A stretch of DNA of 64,000 bases from Candidatus Cloacimonadales bacterium (GTDB taxonomy: Bacteria; Cloacimonadota; Cloacimonadia; Cloacimonadales; JAFGVF01): positions 1,216,001-1,280,000 of the forward strand of contig OY759729.1 of NCBI GenBank assembly GCA_963662585.1, in the 5' to 3' direction. The notes under the pieces were generated by a model. The model worked only from the letters and a program-made list of their open reading frames with translations, was not told the origin of the DNA and ran no database searches. Within the stretch, counting starts at the first letter, position 1, and every line of letters starts with the position of its first letter. Position numbers and translations under genes: made by a program. This document shows, piece after piece, positions 1-10,601 of the stretch.

Positions 1-2657
1 AAAGGAATGAAGAATTCTTCACCTCTTTCAATTCTAAACATTAAATTAAGACTTAGATTATTTCTGATATCCCAATCAAGAGGGAATTCACGAAGGTTTG
101 TGTTTTCATCTTGAATAACAGTAGAAGAGTTGTTTCCTTCAGCCCAAGCAAATGAATAAGAGATATTTGCAGACCAGAAATTAGATAATGATTTATCTAA
201 AGCAATATCGATACCTCTACCTGAAGCATAGTCTTCAGAGATAAATTCATACCAGAACACTTGAGGTTCATCAGGATCTACAACTTTCATAGTACTAACA
301 TAGTTGTAGTAGTTTTTATAATATAAAGAGAGGTCAATTGCCCAATCTTCATTGATTAAATGTTGAAGACCAACTTCATAAGTAATAGTAATTTGTGGTT
401 CAAGTTCAGCATTTCCTACAGTAACAGCATTATCAGAGGTTAAAGCATCTTGAGGAGTTTTTGAAGTGAAAATATATCTCATAGCAGGTAACTGGTTTTG
501 ATAGTTATAAGCAAATCTAAGAACATCTTTCTCAGAAATAGGGTGAGATACACCAACACGAGGAGAAAGCATCAACTGAGTTTTATCTTTTCCTTCGAAT
601 TCAAAAGTTCTATATGATCCATCATCTTGTAATACTTGATAATCTTCACCAATGTACCAGAAGTCAAATCTTAAACCAGCATTAACAATCATACCTTCCC
701 ATTCCATTTTATCTTGGAGATAGAAAGCACCTTGTAAAGGCTCAGCTTTATAACCATCTCTAGTACCTGAAGAGGCTTTTGATGCAGTGTAATAGGATTC
801 AGGTGAATATACTACAAAATAAGGACTATCAGCTGTTCCGTTACCAAATATGGAAACTACATCAGCATTATTATCAATAATGTTTTGAATTTCATCAGCA
901 GAGATTTCAGGTTCAATTGAATCAGGATCAAATATTGAGTTTAAGTAAGCAGCTCTTCTATCATTATAGATAGTAGTAAAACTTTGGAGCTGGTTTTTTT
1001 CAATAGTATAACGGGTTAATTCAAAACCTGTTTTAGCAGTATTAATTCTATCTATAGCCCATTCTACATCTCCTCTGAGATTGACTGAGCTTGTTTTGTC
1101 ATCAACAAAATTAGTATAAATAGATCCAGGAGCATTGAAGCCTGGAATGCCAGGGTTTTCTGAATAGGCATTTGTTTCATAAACCCATTCTGTAGCTGGT
1201 CTAAATGTACTATAATAATCATAAACACCGTCAGTATCACTATCGATGGATACATAAGCAGGGTGGTCATATAAGAAGATACCTTCAGTGTTAAGAACAC
1301 CAGAGATATAATTAGTCATTAAATCAGGATCACTATATAATTCACTAGAAGTAACTCTTTGATTTAAGAAACTTTCTCTATCAATACCTTTAGGGCCTTC
1401 ATAAGAGTCTTTTTGGAAATAAGATGCTTTTAATTTCAAGTTAGCTGTTTGGCTAAGATTTTGGTCGTAAGTGAAAACATACTGTCTTTGTTCTGTTTCA
1501 GATTCGGCATAATGTTGAAGAGCGTACTTCCAACCCCAGTCAAAAGGTTTATAGTAAGAACGATCACCACGAACAGCAAAAGTAACATTTGCATCGTTAT
1601 TGATTTGGTATTTTGTTTTGAAGTTTAGATTGTAGTCATTATAGTTTCTACTATTTAAATCAAAACCAGCAACCTCATCTCTATTGCCATAAGCATCATA
1701 GATAGGGTATTCATTAACTAACGGAAGTCCGTTAAAAGTGAAATCACTATAAGGGTCTGATTCATAGTATTTTTTATATCTTCCATCAGTCCAAGTACCT
1801 GTACCATTAACAAAGAAGGTAAATCTAGAATTAAGGTTATTATTCGCTCCAAGATAACCTAGAACAGGTCCACCGAAGTTAAATCTTACTAAGTCTTGAT
1901 TTCTTCCATCATCAACTAAATGGTCAGTATTCCACTCAACTTTACCTCTATATTCAGGATAACCGGCACGAGTAACAATATTAACCATACCTGATTGAGC
2001 ATTACCAAATTCAGCAGTTAAGGCACCAGTATAAACTTTCATATCGGCGATAGCATCAGTATCAACTTGGAGAGCAGAACCACCATCAACAGGGTCTGAA
2101 ACAGACATTCCGTCAACAGTGAAGTTAACTTCATTAGATCTACTACCTCTCACACGAATCTCACCACCAACATTAGTAACACCAGGCTGAAGAGCCATAA
2201 TGTCATCAACATTGGAGACAGATAAATCGCTAAGATTACCCATATCGATAGTTCTTTCAGTACCGACTCTATCGGTATCGATTTTCTTTCTTTTAGCGGT
2301 AAATGTAATAGCCTCTAAGGTATTATCACCAGGTTCTAAACGAACTGGATCTCTATTAGTGGTTTGGTTAACGCTAATTTCAATTCCTTGAATTAACTGT
2401 CTTCTGTAACCAGTAGCAGATACCAAAAGGTCATAGCTTCCGGGTGAAATATTAATTATAATATACTCACCATACTCGTCAGTACTAGTACCAAATTGGG
2501 TATTATTACCATCTAACTGTAATACAACATTAGCTTGCGGTAATGGTTCTCCATTATTATCTCTAACTTGTCCCTTTAATACACCAGAAGTCTGGGCATA
2601 TAATTGGACACTAAAAAGCACTAAAATGACAGTAATCAATGTAGCTGTCTTTCGCAT
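1..2657 (-). CDS. TonB-dependent receptor with N-terminal carboxypeptidase-regulatory-like domain (3' end runs off window)
   Basis: Not in the ORF track. Hand translation from ATG at 2657 (SD GGAGG): MRKTATLITVILVLFSVQLYAQTSGVLKGQVRD..., plug motifs LQPGV, RGSRSNEVNFTVDG, AEFGNAQSGMVNIVT. Confidence 0.9.
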   Translation of the reverse strand, partial: MRKTATLITVILVLFSVQLYAQTSGVLKGQVRDNNGEPLPQANVVLQLDGNNTQFGTSTDEYGEYIIINISPGSYDLLVSATGYRRQLIQGIEISVNQTTNRDPVRLEPGDNTLEAITFTAKRKKIDTDRVGTERTIDMGNLSDLSVSNVDDIMALQPGVTNVGGEIRVRGSRSNEVNFTVDGMSVSDPVDGGSALQVDTDAIADMKVYTGALTAEFGNAQSGMVNIVTRAGYPEYRGKVEWNTDHLVDDGRNQDLVRFNFGGPVLGYLGANNNLNSRFTFFVNGTGTWTDGRYKKYYESDPYSDFTFNGLPLVNEYPIYDAYGNRDEVAGFDLNSRNYNDYNLNFKTKYQINNDANVTFAVRGDRSYYKPFDWGWKYALQHYAESETEQRQYVFTYDQNLSQTANLKLKASYFQKDSYEGPKGIDRESFLNQRVTSSELYSDPDLMTNYISGVLNTEGIFLYDHPAYVSIDSDTDGVYDYYSTFRPATEWVYETNAYSENPGIPGFNAPGSIYTNFVDDKTSSVNLRGDVEWAIDRINTAKTGFELTRYTIEKNQLQSFTTIYNDRRAAYLNSIFDPDSIEPEISADEIQNIIDNNADVVSIFGNGTADSPYFVVYSPESYYTASKASSGTRDGYKAEPLQGAFYLQDKMEWEGMIVNAGLRFDFWYIGEDYQVLQDDGSYRTFEFEGKDKTQLMLSPRVGVSHPISEKDVLRFAYNYQNQLPAMRYIFTSKTPQDALTSDNAVTVGNAELEPQITITYEVGLQHLINEDWAIDLSLYYKNYYNYVSTMKVVDPDEPQVFWYEFISEDYASGRGIDIALDKSLSNFWSANISYSFAWAEGNNSSTVIQDENTNLREFPLDWDIRNNLSLNLMFRIERGEEFFIP

Positions 2658-2946
2658 TTAGTTATCCTCCCTTTTAATATCACAATAAATTATTAAAAAA
2701 ATCTTTCTTTATCATTTATTTTATCATACATTAGAATAATCCACGCTATTTTAACAAAAAGATTATACAATAAGATTGATGTCAATTAATTTTTAAGAAC
2801 AAGTCTAAAAATCACTAATTGCAACACTTTTGCACTTTATTTCATAATTAAGCATAAATTATAGCCTTCCATTAATTTATATTAAATTTATCTAAATTTA
2901 ACATCTTATAATTGCACTTCATATATCATTTTATTCTATAACTTTA

Positions 2947-3768
2947 CTATTTTCTTAAATTCCATTTATCTGTCGAGTATTTTTTTTTAATTAATTCTTC
3001 TACTCTATTTTTTTCGAAGTCTTCCAACTCTTTAATTTCGACAAAATCATCATTTTTCCATGCTTTTATAAAACCTTGCACAAATTTACCTGTTGCAGTT
3101 TCAAAAGAAATTTTTCTCTGCAAGACTTGATTAATTGAGATTGTCTTATTATCCATCATAGTAGCAAGTCTATCTCTCATCTTATCAGATAGTCCAGGCA
3201 TTAGGTAGGCTATTTCTCTCTGATTTTCATCCAGAATAATCGAGCCATGCTGGAGCAATACTCCATTTTTTCTTACTTGAGCACTTCCCACGATTTTTTT
3301 CCCTTGGATAGCCAATTCATATTTTGAAGAAGAGTTAAAGCAAGGGTTTACGGGTTCTCTTTGGGAGAAAGAAGAGAGTTCTTTTTGTTCGAATTCAACA
3401 TCGATATCAAGAAGTCTGAGTCCTTCAGCAAGAGCAAGGCTGATATCGCCATAGCTCTTAAGCACATTACCAGCAAGGTGTTCATCATTAGGTGCGATAA
3501 CAGCATAAGTTACTTCATTTTTATGTAGAACTAACCTTCCTCCAGTAGGTCTTCTAACAAAACCATATCCAGTTTCAGTTAATTTCTCGAAATCCACTTC
3601 ACTTTCAGCATTTTGGTGATAACCTAGAGAAAGAGTTGGGGGATCCCAGTCATAAAATCTAATTAAAGGTGTTGATTTGCCTTCCTGAATTAATTCAAAG
3701 ATAGCATCATCGATGGCCATGTTTTCAGCTGGACTGAGTTTTCCTTGAGTTAGAATTCTCCACTTCAT
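2947..3768 (-). CDS. Lipoate-protein ligase A family protein (LipM-like octanoyltransferase)
   Basis: NMAIDDA, RRPTGG-x-LVLH, GKKIVGSAQ, LQHGSI motifs. Confidence 0.9.
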   Translation of the reverse strand: MKWRILTQGKLSPAENMAIDDAIFELIQEGKSTPLIRFYDWDPPTLSLGYHQNAESEVDFEKLTETGYGFVRRPTGGRLVLHKNEVTYAVIAPNDEHLAGNVLKSYGDISLALAEGLRLLDIDVEFEQKELSSFSQREPVNPCFNSSSKYELAIQGKKIVGSAQVRKNGVLLQHGSIILDENQREIAYLMPGLSDKMRDRLATMMDNKTISINQVLQRKISFETATGKFVQGFIKAWKNDDFVEIKELEDFEKNRVEELIKKKYSTDKWNLRK

Positions 3769-4784
3769 TAATAGTTCATCCTAACTTTAAGTTCCGGAAT
3801 CTTCTCATCAATATAGCCTATTTGCATAGCATTAGTTTTGGATTTAATTTCTAAAGCTATTTCTGAAGAAGTAACAACAATCATTCCGATCCCCATATTG
3901 AAAGCGCGATAAGCTTCATCATGGGCGACATTACCATTTTCTACTAATGTCTGGAAGATAGCTGGTGTATCCCAACTTTGGCAATCAATTACTGCAGTTA
4001 AATCATCAGGAATTACTCTTGATAAGTTACCAGGTATTCCTCCTCCGGTAATATGAGCCATACCATGAATAAGCTCTGGTCTTGCCCACTCTTTAAGAAT
4101 AGGAAGATAAGATTTATGAATCTTCAACATTGCTTCTGCAACAGTAACATTTAAATTTGGAATTAAAGAATCAACTTGTAGATTCATCTTATCGAAAAGA
4201 ATCTTTCGAGCTAAAGAGTAACCATTAGTATGTAGTCCAGTGGATGGGAAACCAAGAATAACATCACCTTGAGTTATCATTTGTCCTGTAATAATGTTTT
4301 TCTTTTCAACCATACCAACAATAGTTCCGGCAAGATCAAAATCATCAACAGCATAGATTCCTGGCATTTCTGCCATTTCACCGCCAATTAGAGCCATTTC
4401 ATTTTCTTTACATGCTTTAGCAAATCCCCAGATAATTTCTTCCATTACATCTGGATTGAGTTTGCCAACTCCCACATAATCTAAGAAATATTGAGGAATA
4501 GCTCCTTGAACAAAGATATCATTCACACAATGATTTACTAAATCTTGTCCTACAGTATTATAGATTCCTGCCATATTAGCAATAACTAACTTGGTACCTA
4601 CTCCATCAGCACTAGACACTAGTACAGGTTCTTTCCAGGAAGTAAGATCAACTTGATAAAGTCCCCCAAAACCGCCTATATGAGAAAGTACATTTTTATT
4701 AAAAGTCTCTTTAACTAAAGGCTTGATTCTATTAACTGAATCTTCTCCAGCTTTAATATCAACACCAGCACTTTTATAATCCAT
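3768..4784 (-). CDS. purM: Phosphoribosylformylglycinamidine cyclo-ligase (AIR synthetase)
   Basis: YKSAGVDI, DGVGTKL, GLHTNGYSLARK, AHITGGG, FNMGIG. Confidence 0.97.
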   Translation of the reverse strand: MDYKSAGVDIKAGEDSVNRIKPLVKETFNKNVLSHIGGFGGLYQVDLTSWKEPVLVSSADGVGTKLVIANMAGIYNTVGQDLVNHCVNDIFVQGAIPQYFLDYVGVGKLNPDVMEEIIWGFAKACKENEMALIGGEMAEMPGIYAVDDFDLAGTIVGMVEKKNIITGQMITQGDVILGFPSTGLHTNGYSLARKILFDKMNLQVDSLIPNLNVTVAEAMLKIHKSYLPILKEWARPELIHGMAHITGGGIPGNLSRVIPDDLTAVIDCQSWDTPAIFQTLVENGNVAHDEAYRAFNMGIGMIVVTSSEIALEIKSKTNAMQIGYIDEKIPELKVRMNY

Positions 4785-4819
4785 TATTTCCTCTTCTTTA
4801 TCTTAATTTATTTAATAAT

Positions 4820-5716
4820 TTAAATTTTAATCCATTGTTTAAGTTCTTCGGCCATTAATTCTATTTCTTCTTCTGTGAGAAGTTGTAAGTTTTCAACGCT
4901 AAAGGACTGAATATTATTAGCCGCAGTAATAGTACCATAAATTGTAGCTTGTTTAATAGCTTCGAAATCATATTTTTTAACTTTAGCGAGGTAACCAGTA
5001 AATCCACCAGCGAAGCTATCTCCCGCACCTGTTGGGTCAACTACTTTACGAACTGGATAAACAGGTACGAAGAAAAGGTCTTCCCTGCTAGCGACAATCG
5101 CCCCATATTCGCCTCTTTTAACGACTACGAACCTTACCCCAAGATCTAGAACAAACTCTATTGCTTGAAAGACATTACTTTTTTCTGCATACATCTTGAT
5201 TTCATCTTCATTAATAAAGATTAAATCAACCCTTTTAATCACTTCAGTGAGTTCAGATTTTGTCATATCAATCCAGAGATTCATAGTATCCATAGCGATT
5301 AAGCTAGAACATTCAATTTGATCTAAAACTTCAAGTTGTAAAGCAGGATGAATATTCCCTAGAAGAGTTACGCTATTATTTTTACAATCTTGGGTAAGCA
5401 CAGGTTTGAATTCAGCAAAGACATTCAACTGTGTATCTAAGGTTGTTGCTTGATTAAGGTTGTGATACTCACCTTTCCACCGAAAAGTTTTACCTGGGAC
5501 TTTTACTAAACCCTCAATATTAATATTTTTCTTATTTAATAAATCGATATGGGCTTGGGGGAAATCTTCTCCCACCACTCCAACGATAGAAACATCTGTA
5601 AAATATTTTCCTGCAATTGAAGCATAGATAGCTGATCCTCCCAGCACATCCTCTACTTCTCCTGAAGGAGTTTTTATAGTATCTAAAGCTATTGAGCCAA
5701 TTACTACTAAACTCAT
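4820..5716 (-). CDS. PfkB-family carbohydrate/nucleoside kinase
   Basis: N-terminal GGSA and the DPTGAGDSFAGG PfkB signature. Confidence 0.9.
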   Translation of the reverse strand: MSLVVIGSIALDTIKTPSGEVEDVLGGSAIYASIAGKYFTDVSIVGVVGEDFPQAHIDLLNKKNINIEGLVKVPGKTFRWKGEYHNLNQATTLDTQLNVFAEFKPVLTQDCKNNSVTLLGNIHPALQLEVLDQIECSSLIAMDTMNLWIDMTKSELTEVIKRVDLIFINEDEIKMYAEKSNVFQAIEFVLDLGVRFVVVKRGEYGAIVASREDLFFVPVYPVRKVVDPTGAGDSFAGGFTGYLAKVKKYDFEAIKQATIYGTITAANNIQSFSVENLQLLTEEEIELMAEELKQWIKI

Positions 5717-5719
5717 CAA

Positions 5720-5917
5720 TTACTCCTGCACTTGTTCAGTTTGATCACCTTGAAAAATGTTCCAGAATACATCAAATTTACTTGTATTAGTTTTATAGAG
5801 AAGAATTATGATAAAAAGTAAAAGAACAATCATATAGAATAGTCTTGACCAGCCTTTTGATGCTTTTTCTCTCCTACTTTCTCTTGCTTCTAAAATCTTA
5901 TCTTTTAATTGGTCCAT
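5720..5917 (-). CDS. Small single-TM hypothetical protein
   Basis: Fills the operon gap exactly; one hydrophobic helix; SD-like GAGG upstream. Confidence 0.65.
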   Translation of the reverse strand: MDQLKDKILEARESRREKASKGWSRLFYMIVLLLFIIILLYKTNTSKFDVFWNIFQGDQTEQVQE

Positions 5918-5954
5918 CTTTCAAACTTCCTCTAATTTATTTATCTATCAAAGA

Positions 5955-5990
5955 GAATCAGGTTACCTGAGTAACCCGATTCCTTTTTTA
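5955..5990. terminator. Hairpin / possible intrinsic terminator between the aminotransferase and the small ORF
   Basis: gaatcaggttac-ctga-gtaacccgattc inverted repeat with adjacent T-run. Confidence 0.4.
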
Positions 5991-5995
5991 TATTT

Positions 5996-7192
5996 TTATA
6001 ACAATGATTTTAATCCTTGAGCAAATCTCTTAACACCTTCACGCAGATTGTCTAGGCTATTAGCGTAAGAGAATCTTACTAACTTATCGTTTCCAAAAGC
6101 ACTTCCAGGAACAATAGCAATCTTTGCTTCATCCAATAAGAAGGAACAAAGATCTACATCATTAGTAATCCCTTTCGTGTTATTCTTAAGGTAGTATTCA
6201 ATATTGACCATGATGTAGAATGCACCTTGAGGTGAAGTTGTTGAAACATGCTCAACTTTATTCAACTCTGAGTACATAAAGTCTTTTCTCTTTTCAAACT
6301 CTTTTCTCATATTTTCAATAGAGCCATCATCTTGAAGTAAGGCAGCTAAAGTAGCTTTTTGAGTAATTGAGTTTGTATTGGAAGTAATATGTCCTTGCAG
6401 ACTACTAGCAGCATCTATTATATATTTAGGACCAGCACTGTAGCCTAGTCTCCAGCCAGTCATAGCATAAGCTTTAGAAACACCATTAATAATAACAGTA
6501 ATATCTTTAAATTCAGGTTTCAAGGCTGCGATTGCATAGTGTTTTGCTCCATCATAAACTAACTTTTCATAGATTTCATCAGCAATGATGAGAATATTAT
6601 GTTTAACACATATATCCCCAATCTGAATTAATTCATCTTGAGAATAGATAGCTCCAGTAGGATTATTAGGATTATTCAACATCAAAGCTTTTACATTAGG
6701 ATTTTCATTAATTAGTCTCTCTAATTCCAAAGGATTAATTTTATAGTTATCTGCTTCTGTTGTTTCTAGAAGAAGAGTTTTTCCACCTGCGATATCAACT
6801 TGGTCAGGATAACTTACCCAGTATGGGGAAGGAATAATAACTTGATCTCCAGCATCACAGATAGCCATTAACAAGAAAACAATAGAAGCTTTTGCACCAG
6901 GAGAAACTAAGATTTGACCTGGTTCATAATCTAAACCGTTATCATCTTTAAACTTCTTGCAAATTGCTTCTCTGAGAGGTAATACTCCTGGGGTTGGGGT
7001 ATAACGAGTAAAATTATCGTTAATAGCCTTGATTCCCTCATCTTTTATATAGCTTGGAGTATTGAAATCAGGTTCCCCCACTCCAAAATTAATCACATCA
7101 ATCCCTTTAGCAATGTAAGCTTTTGCTTTGGACATAACTGCTAAAGTTGGAGATGGTTTTATTGCTCTTGCTTTGTTTGATAACTTTATCAT
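5996..7192 (-). CDS. aspC: PLP-dependent class I/II (aspartate) aminotransferase
   Basis: GEPDF, NNPNNPTG, ADEIY, SKAYAMTGWRLG. Confidence 0.9.
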   Translation of the reverse strand: MIKLSNKARAIKPSPTLAVMSKAKAYIAKGIDVINFGVGEPDFNTPSYIKDEGIKAINDNFTRYTPTPGVLPLREAICKKFKDDNGLDYEPGQILVSPGAKASIVFLLMAICDAGDQVIIPSPYWVSYPDQVDIAGGKTLLLETTEADNYKINPLELERLINENPNVKALMLNNPNNPTGAIYSQDELIQIGDICVKHNILIIADEIYEKLVYDGAKHYAIAALKPEFKDITVIINGVSKAYAMTGWRLGYSAGPKYIIDAASSLQGHITSNTNSITQKATLAALLQDDGSIENMRKEFEKRKDFMYSELNKVEHVSTTSPQGAFYIMVNIEYYLKNNTKGITNDVDLCSFLLDEAKIAIVPGSAFGNDKLVRFSYANSLDNLREGVKRFAQGLKSLL

Positions 7193-7201
7193 AATTAACT
7201 C

Positions 7202-8191
7202 CTACTTAGACATTAATAAAACTAAGGCAGTTGTATTTACTATATCTTCAGCTGAACAGCCTCTAGATAAATCACATATTGGAGCTGCAAGTCCTTGAAT
7301 AACAGGACCTATTGCTTCTGCTTTGGCAAATCTTTGCACAAGCTTATAACCAATATTACCTGCTTGTAAATCAGGGAATATTAAAACATTTGCCTGACCA
7401 GCTACATTGCTATCAGGAGATTTTTTAGCTCCAATTGCAGGAATAATAGCAGCATCAGCTTGAAGCTCACCATCAAATTCAAAATTAACATTTCTACTTT
7501 TAATAATCTCTACTGCAGAAGTAACTTTATCAACTAATTCATGTTTAGCAGAACCTTTGGTTGAGAAAGAGAGAAGTGCCACTTTTGCTTGGTCACCAAT
7601 TAATGAAGCTCTAGTTTCTGCTGTTGAGATTGCGATATCTGCTAATTGTTCAGCAGTTGGGTTAGGAACTACAGCACAATCACCAAACAAGAATACTCTA
7701 TCTTCACCTAGGAAATCAGGAGTTACCATAATAAAACTTGAGGAAACAGTAGCTAATCCTGGTTTTACACCTACAACTTGAAGGGCAGCTTTTAAAACAT
7801 CACCTGTGGTATTGACTGCTCCTGCAACCATTCCATTCACTTTACCAAACTTAACTAATAAAGCACCAAAAAAGAGAGGTTGTCTTACTACTTTAGCAGC
7901 ATCTTCACGGCTAATACCTTTCTTTTTTCTCTTTTCATAAAAGAAGTCAGTGTATTCATCAATATTAGGGCAATCTTCCGGATTCCAGATAGTAGCTCCT
8001 GAGATATCAATATCTTTTGATTGAGCCCTTGCTCTTACTTCTTCTTCTTTACCAATTAAAACAACTTTTGCCATCTTCTCTTGAAGAATAGTTTCAGTAG
8101 CAAGCAAAGTTCTTTCATCCATTGCTTCAGGTAATACAATAGTACCGTTAACCTTTTGGGCTTTTAATTTGAATTGGTTAATTATATCCAT
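7202..8191 (-). CDS. pta: Phosphate acetyltransferase
   Basis: IVLPE, SFSTKGSA, DGELQADAA, FPDLQAGNIGYK, DLSRG. Confidence 0.97.
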   Translation of the reverse strand: MDIINQFKLKAQKVNGTIVLPEAMDERTLLATETILQEKMAKVVLIGKEEEVRARAQSKDIDISGATIWNPEDCPNIDEYTDFFYEKRKKKGISREDAAKVVRQPLFFGALLVKFGKVNGMVAGAVNTTGDVLKAALQVVGVKPGLATVSSSFIMVTPDFLGEDRVFLFGDCAVVPNPTAEQLADIAISTAETRASLIGDQAKVALLSFSTKGSAKHELVDKVTSAVEIIKSRNVNFEFDGELQADAAIIPAIGAKKSPDSNVAGQANVLIFPDLQAGNIGYKLVQRFAKAEAIGPVIQGLAAPICDLSRGCSAEDIVNTTALVLLMSK

Positions 8192-8301
8192 TTCAAACTC
8201 CTATTTATTTTATTTTTATATTTAATACTACATTTAAGTCAAGTGAGTCACGCTCATTTCCAGATAATAATGCCTGCAGGGATGCAGTCGCTACGGTGAC
8301 A

Positions 8302-8457
8302 ACCACCCCCTGTGTCCCCCTCGCTGAGAGGGATTAAAGAAACACCCCCTGTGGTCCCCCTCGCGGAGAGGGATTAAAGAAGAATTCCCTGTGTTCCACT
8401 CGTGGAGAGGGATTAAAGAAACATTCCCTGTATCCCCCTCGCTGAGGGGGATTTAAG
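8302..8457. repeat. Four tandem ~39-bp palindromic REP-like units (cccctgtgtccccctcgcNgagagggatt)
   Basis: Four copies visible; a further copy at ~61487-61521. Confidence 0.85.
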
Positions 8458-8471
8458 TGGAAGTATTCGTC

Positions 8472-10562
8472 TTATTTCTTTATTTCCACCACAATTTTAT
8501 CTAAGTCCGCAATTTTTATAAATATATTTTTAATATAGAAAAGTAAATTCAGACGGTTTTGTTTAGTTTCAGCTTCCTCAACATTCACCATAACATTATC
8601 AAAGAAGTTATCAATAAGTGAACGGGCTGAGACTAAAATTTGCATTGTCTCTTCATAATTTTGCTTGATAAGAAGCTCTATTACTTTAGCTTCATTTTCT
8701 TTAAAATAATCGTAAAGAGCTTTTTCATTGGCATCAATTAAGAGAGAGCTATCCACATCTGTAAAATTATCTTCTTTAGTAAGAATGTTAGATACTCTTT
8801 TATAGCCAAGAACTAATCCTTCAAAATCAGCACTACCCTTAAATTTTTGGATTGCTAAAGCTCTTTTTTTAATTTCAGCAATATCAGTAAATTCATAATC
8901 AATTACACTATCAATAACATCATAAGCAATCTTTTCTTCTTCTAGTAACCACTTGATTCTTTGTTGGAAGAAGTTATGAATGATTTCTCTATTATGATTT
9001 TCTTCTTTAAGTTTATCTTTAAGCTGGACTAATGCTATATCTATTAATTCAAAGATATCAAGTTTCCAGCCTCTATCATCTAATATTTTCACTATCCCGT
9101 TAGCTGCTCTTCTCAAAGCAAAGGGATCATTTGAACCTGTAGGAATTAAATCAACTCCGATAATACCACAAACTGTATCTAATTTATCTACTATTGCTGC
9201 TATTGCTCCGGTTTCACTTGTTGGCAAGCCATCATTCTGTCCGCGGGGCATATAATGTTCATAGATTCCTAAAGCTACTGCTTCAGCTTCTCCAGAGAGA
9301 AGGGCATACTTCATTCCTATATAACCTTGTAGTTTGGTGAATTCTTTCTCACCTAACATTAAGGAAACTAAATCAGCCTTAGCTAATAATATAGTTCTGA
9401 GAATATCTTTGCTATTTGATAACTGTAATTTATCAATAATAAATTTCCCAATATTAAGGCTTCTCTCTACTTTTTCATAAGTTGAGCCTAAATCTGCTTG
9501 GAAGGTTACTTCTTTAAGTTTCTCAACAAAACTGTCAAATTTATGTTTAGTATCTTCTTTGAAGAAGAATTCTGCATCTTCTAGTCTTGCCTTAATTACC
9601 TTTTCATTGCCCTTTCTAATAATATCTGAGAATTGAGGATTACCATTAGAAATAAAGACAAATTCATTGCTAAGACTACCATCACTGTTAACAACTGAGA
9701 AGTACTTTTGATTTTGACTAATAGTTGAGGTGATGATCTTATCTGGTAAACTTAAATATTTCTCTTCAAAATAACCAATTACAGCTGTTGGATACTCTAC
9801 TAAATCCACTACTAATTCTAGTAAGCGATTATCTTCTATAATTTTTTTATCACTATCTTTATATAGATCTTCTAATTGTTCTTTAATAATCTCGACTCTT
9901 CTCTCTCTATTGGCAATAACTGAAATTGCTTCTAGAGTCTTTAAATATTCTTTAGGTTCTTTTACTTCTCCACTAATATCTACATCAAGATATCGATTAC
10001 CAACAACTTTATTATTTGCTTTTAAATTGTTGTAGGTAAAAGGTAAAATCTCTGAATCTAACATTAAAATTATATTTCTGATGGGTCTGGCAAAAGTAAT
10101 TTTATTACTGCCCCATTTCATAGATTTTGGCGAAGGAAGATTAGTTAATAAATCAGCTAGGAATCCCGTGATAATCTCACCAACTGCCTTTCCTTTTAAC
10201 TCTTTCTTACAAGCTATATAATCACCTTTGGGAGTTTTTTTTACATAAGACTCCTCTTGACTACAACCAGCTCCTCTCAGAAAACCTTGTCCTGCTTTCG
10301 TTAAAGAACCATCTTCATTCAAAGCAATACGAGTAGCAGGTCCCATCTTTTCTACTATTTCATCTTGCTGTTCAATTTCTAAATCATTTATCAAAATAGC
10401 AAAACGCTTAGGACTTGTATAACTTTCTAATTTGCTAAAGTTCAACTTTGCTTGTTTTAATTCACTTTCAAATCTATTTATAATATTCTTTTCTATGTTA
10501 GCAATATATCCTGCTGGTATCTCTTCGACACTTAATTCAAATAAGAAATCTTTGGTTAGCAT
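8472..10562 (-). CDS. glyS: Glycine--tRNA ligase beta subunit
   Basis: FELSVEEIP, KSMKWG, FARPIR, EHYMPR, GSNDPFALRR, NRLNLL. Confidence 0.97.
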   Translation of the reverse strand: MLTKDFLFELSVEEIPAGYIANIEKNIINRFESELKQAKLNFSKLESYTSPKRFAILINDLEIEQQDEIVEKMGPATRIALNEDGSLTKAGQGFLRGAGCSQEESYVKKTPKGDYIACKKELKGKAVGEIITGFLADLLTNLPSPKSMKWGSNKITFARPIRNIILMLDSEILPFTYNNLKANNKVVGNRYLDVDISGEVKEPKEYLKTLEAISVIANRERRVEIIKEQLEDLYKDSDKKIIEDNRLLELVVDLVEYPTAVIGYFEEKYLSLPDKIITSTISQNQKYFSVVNSDGSLSNEFVFISNGNPQFSDIIRKGNEKVIKARLEDAEFFFKEDTKHKFDSFVEKLKEVTFQADLGSTYEKVERSLNIGKFIIDKLQLSNSKDILRTILLAKADLVSLMLGEKEFTKLQGYIGMKYALLSGEAEAVALGIYEHYMPRGQNDGLPTSETGAIAAIVDKLDTVCGIIGVDLIPTGSNDPFALRRAANGIVKILDDRGWKLDIFELIDIALVQLKDKLKEENHNREIIHNFFQQRIKWLLEEEKIAYDVIDSVIDYEFTDIAEIKKRALAIQKFKGSADFEGLVLGYKRVSNILTKEDNFTDVDSSLLIDANEKALYDYFKENEAKVIELLIKQNYEETMQILVSARSLIDNFFDNVMVNVEEAETKQNRLNLLFYIKNIFIKIADLDKIVVEIKK

Positions 10563-10601
10563 TAATTTTCTCCGAATTTTTTATAACTTATCTATATTTA
10601 A

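Noticed and set aside
1064..2391. Short ORFs 1064-1300 and 2200-2391
   Set aside because: Alternative-frame or antisense shadows of the TonB-dependent receptor gene
8302..8457. Mini-CRISPR
   Set aside because: No unique spacers between the 39-bp units
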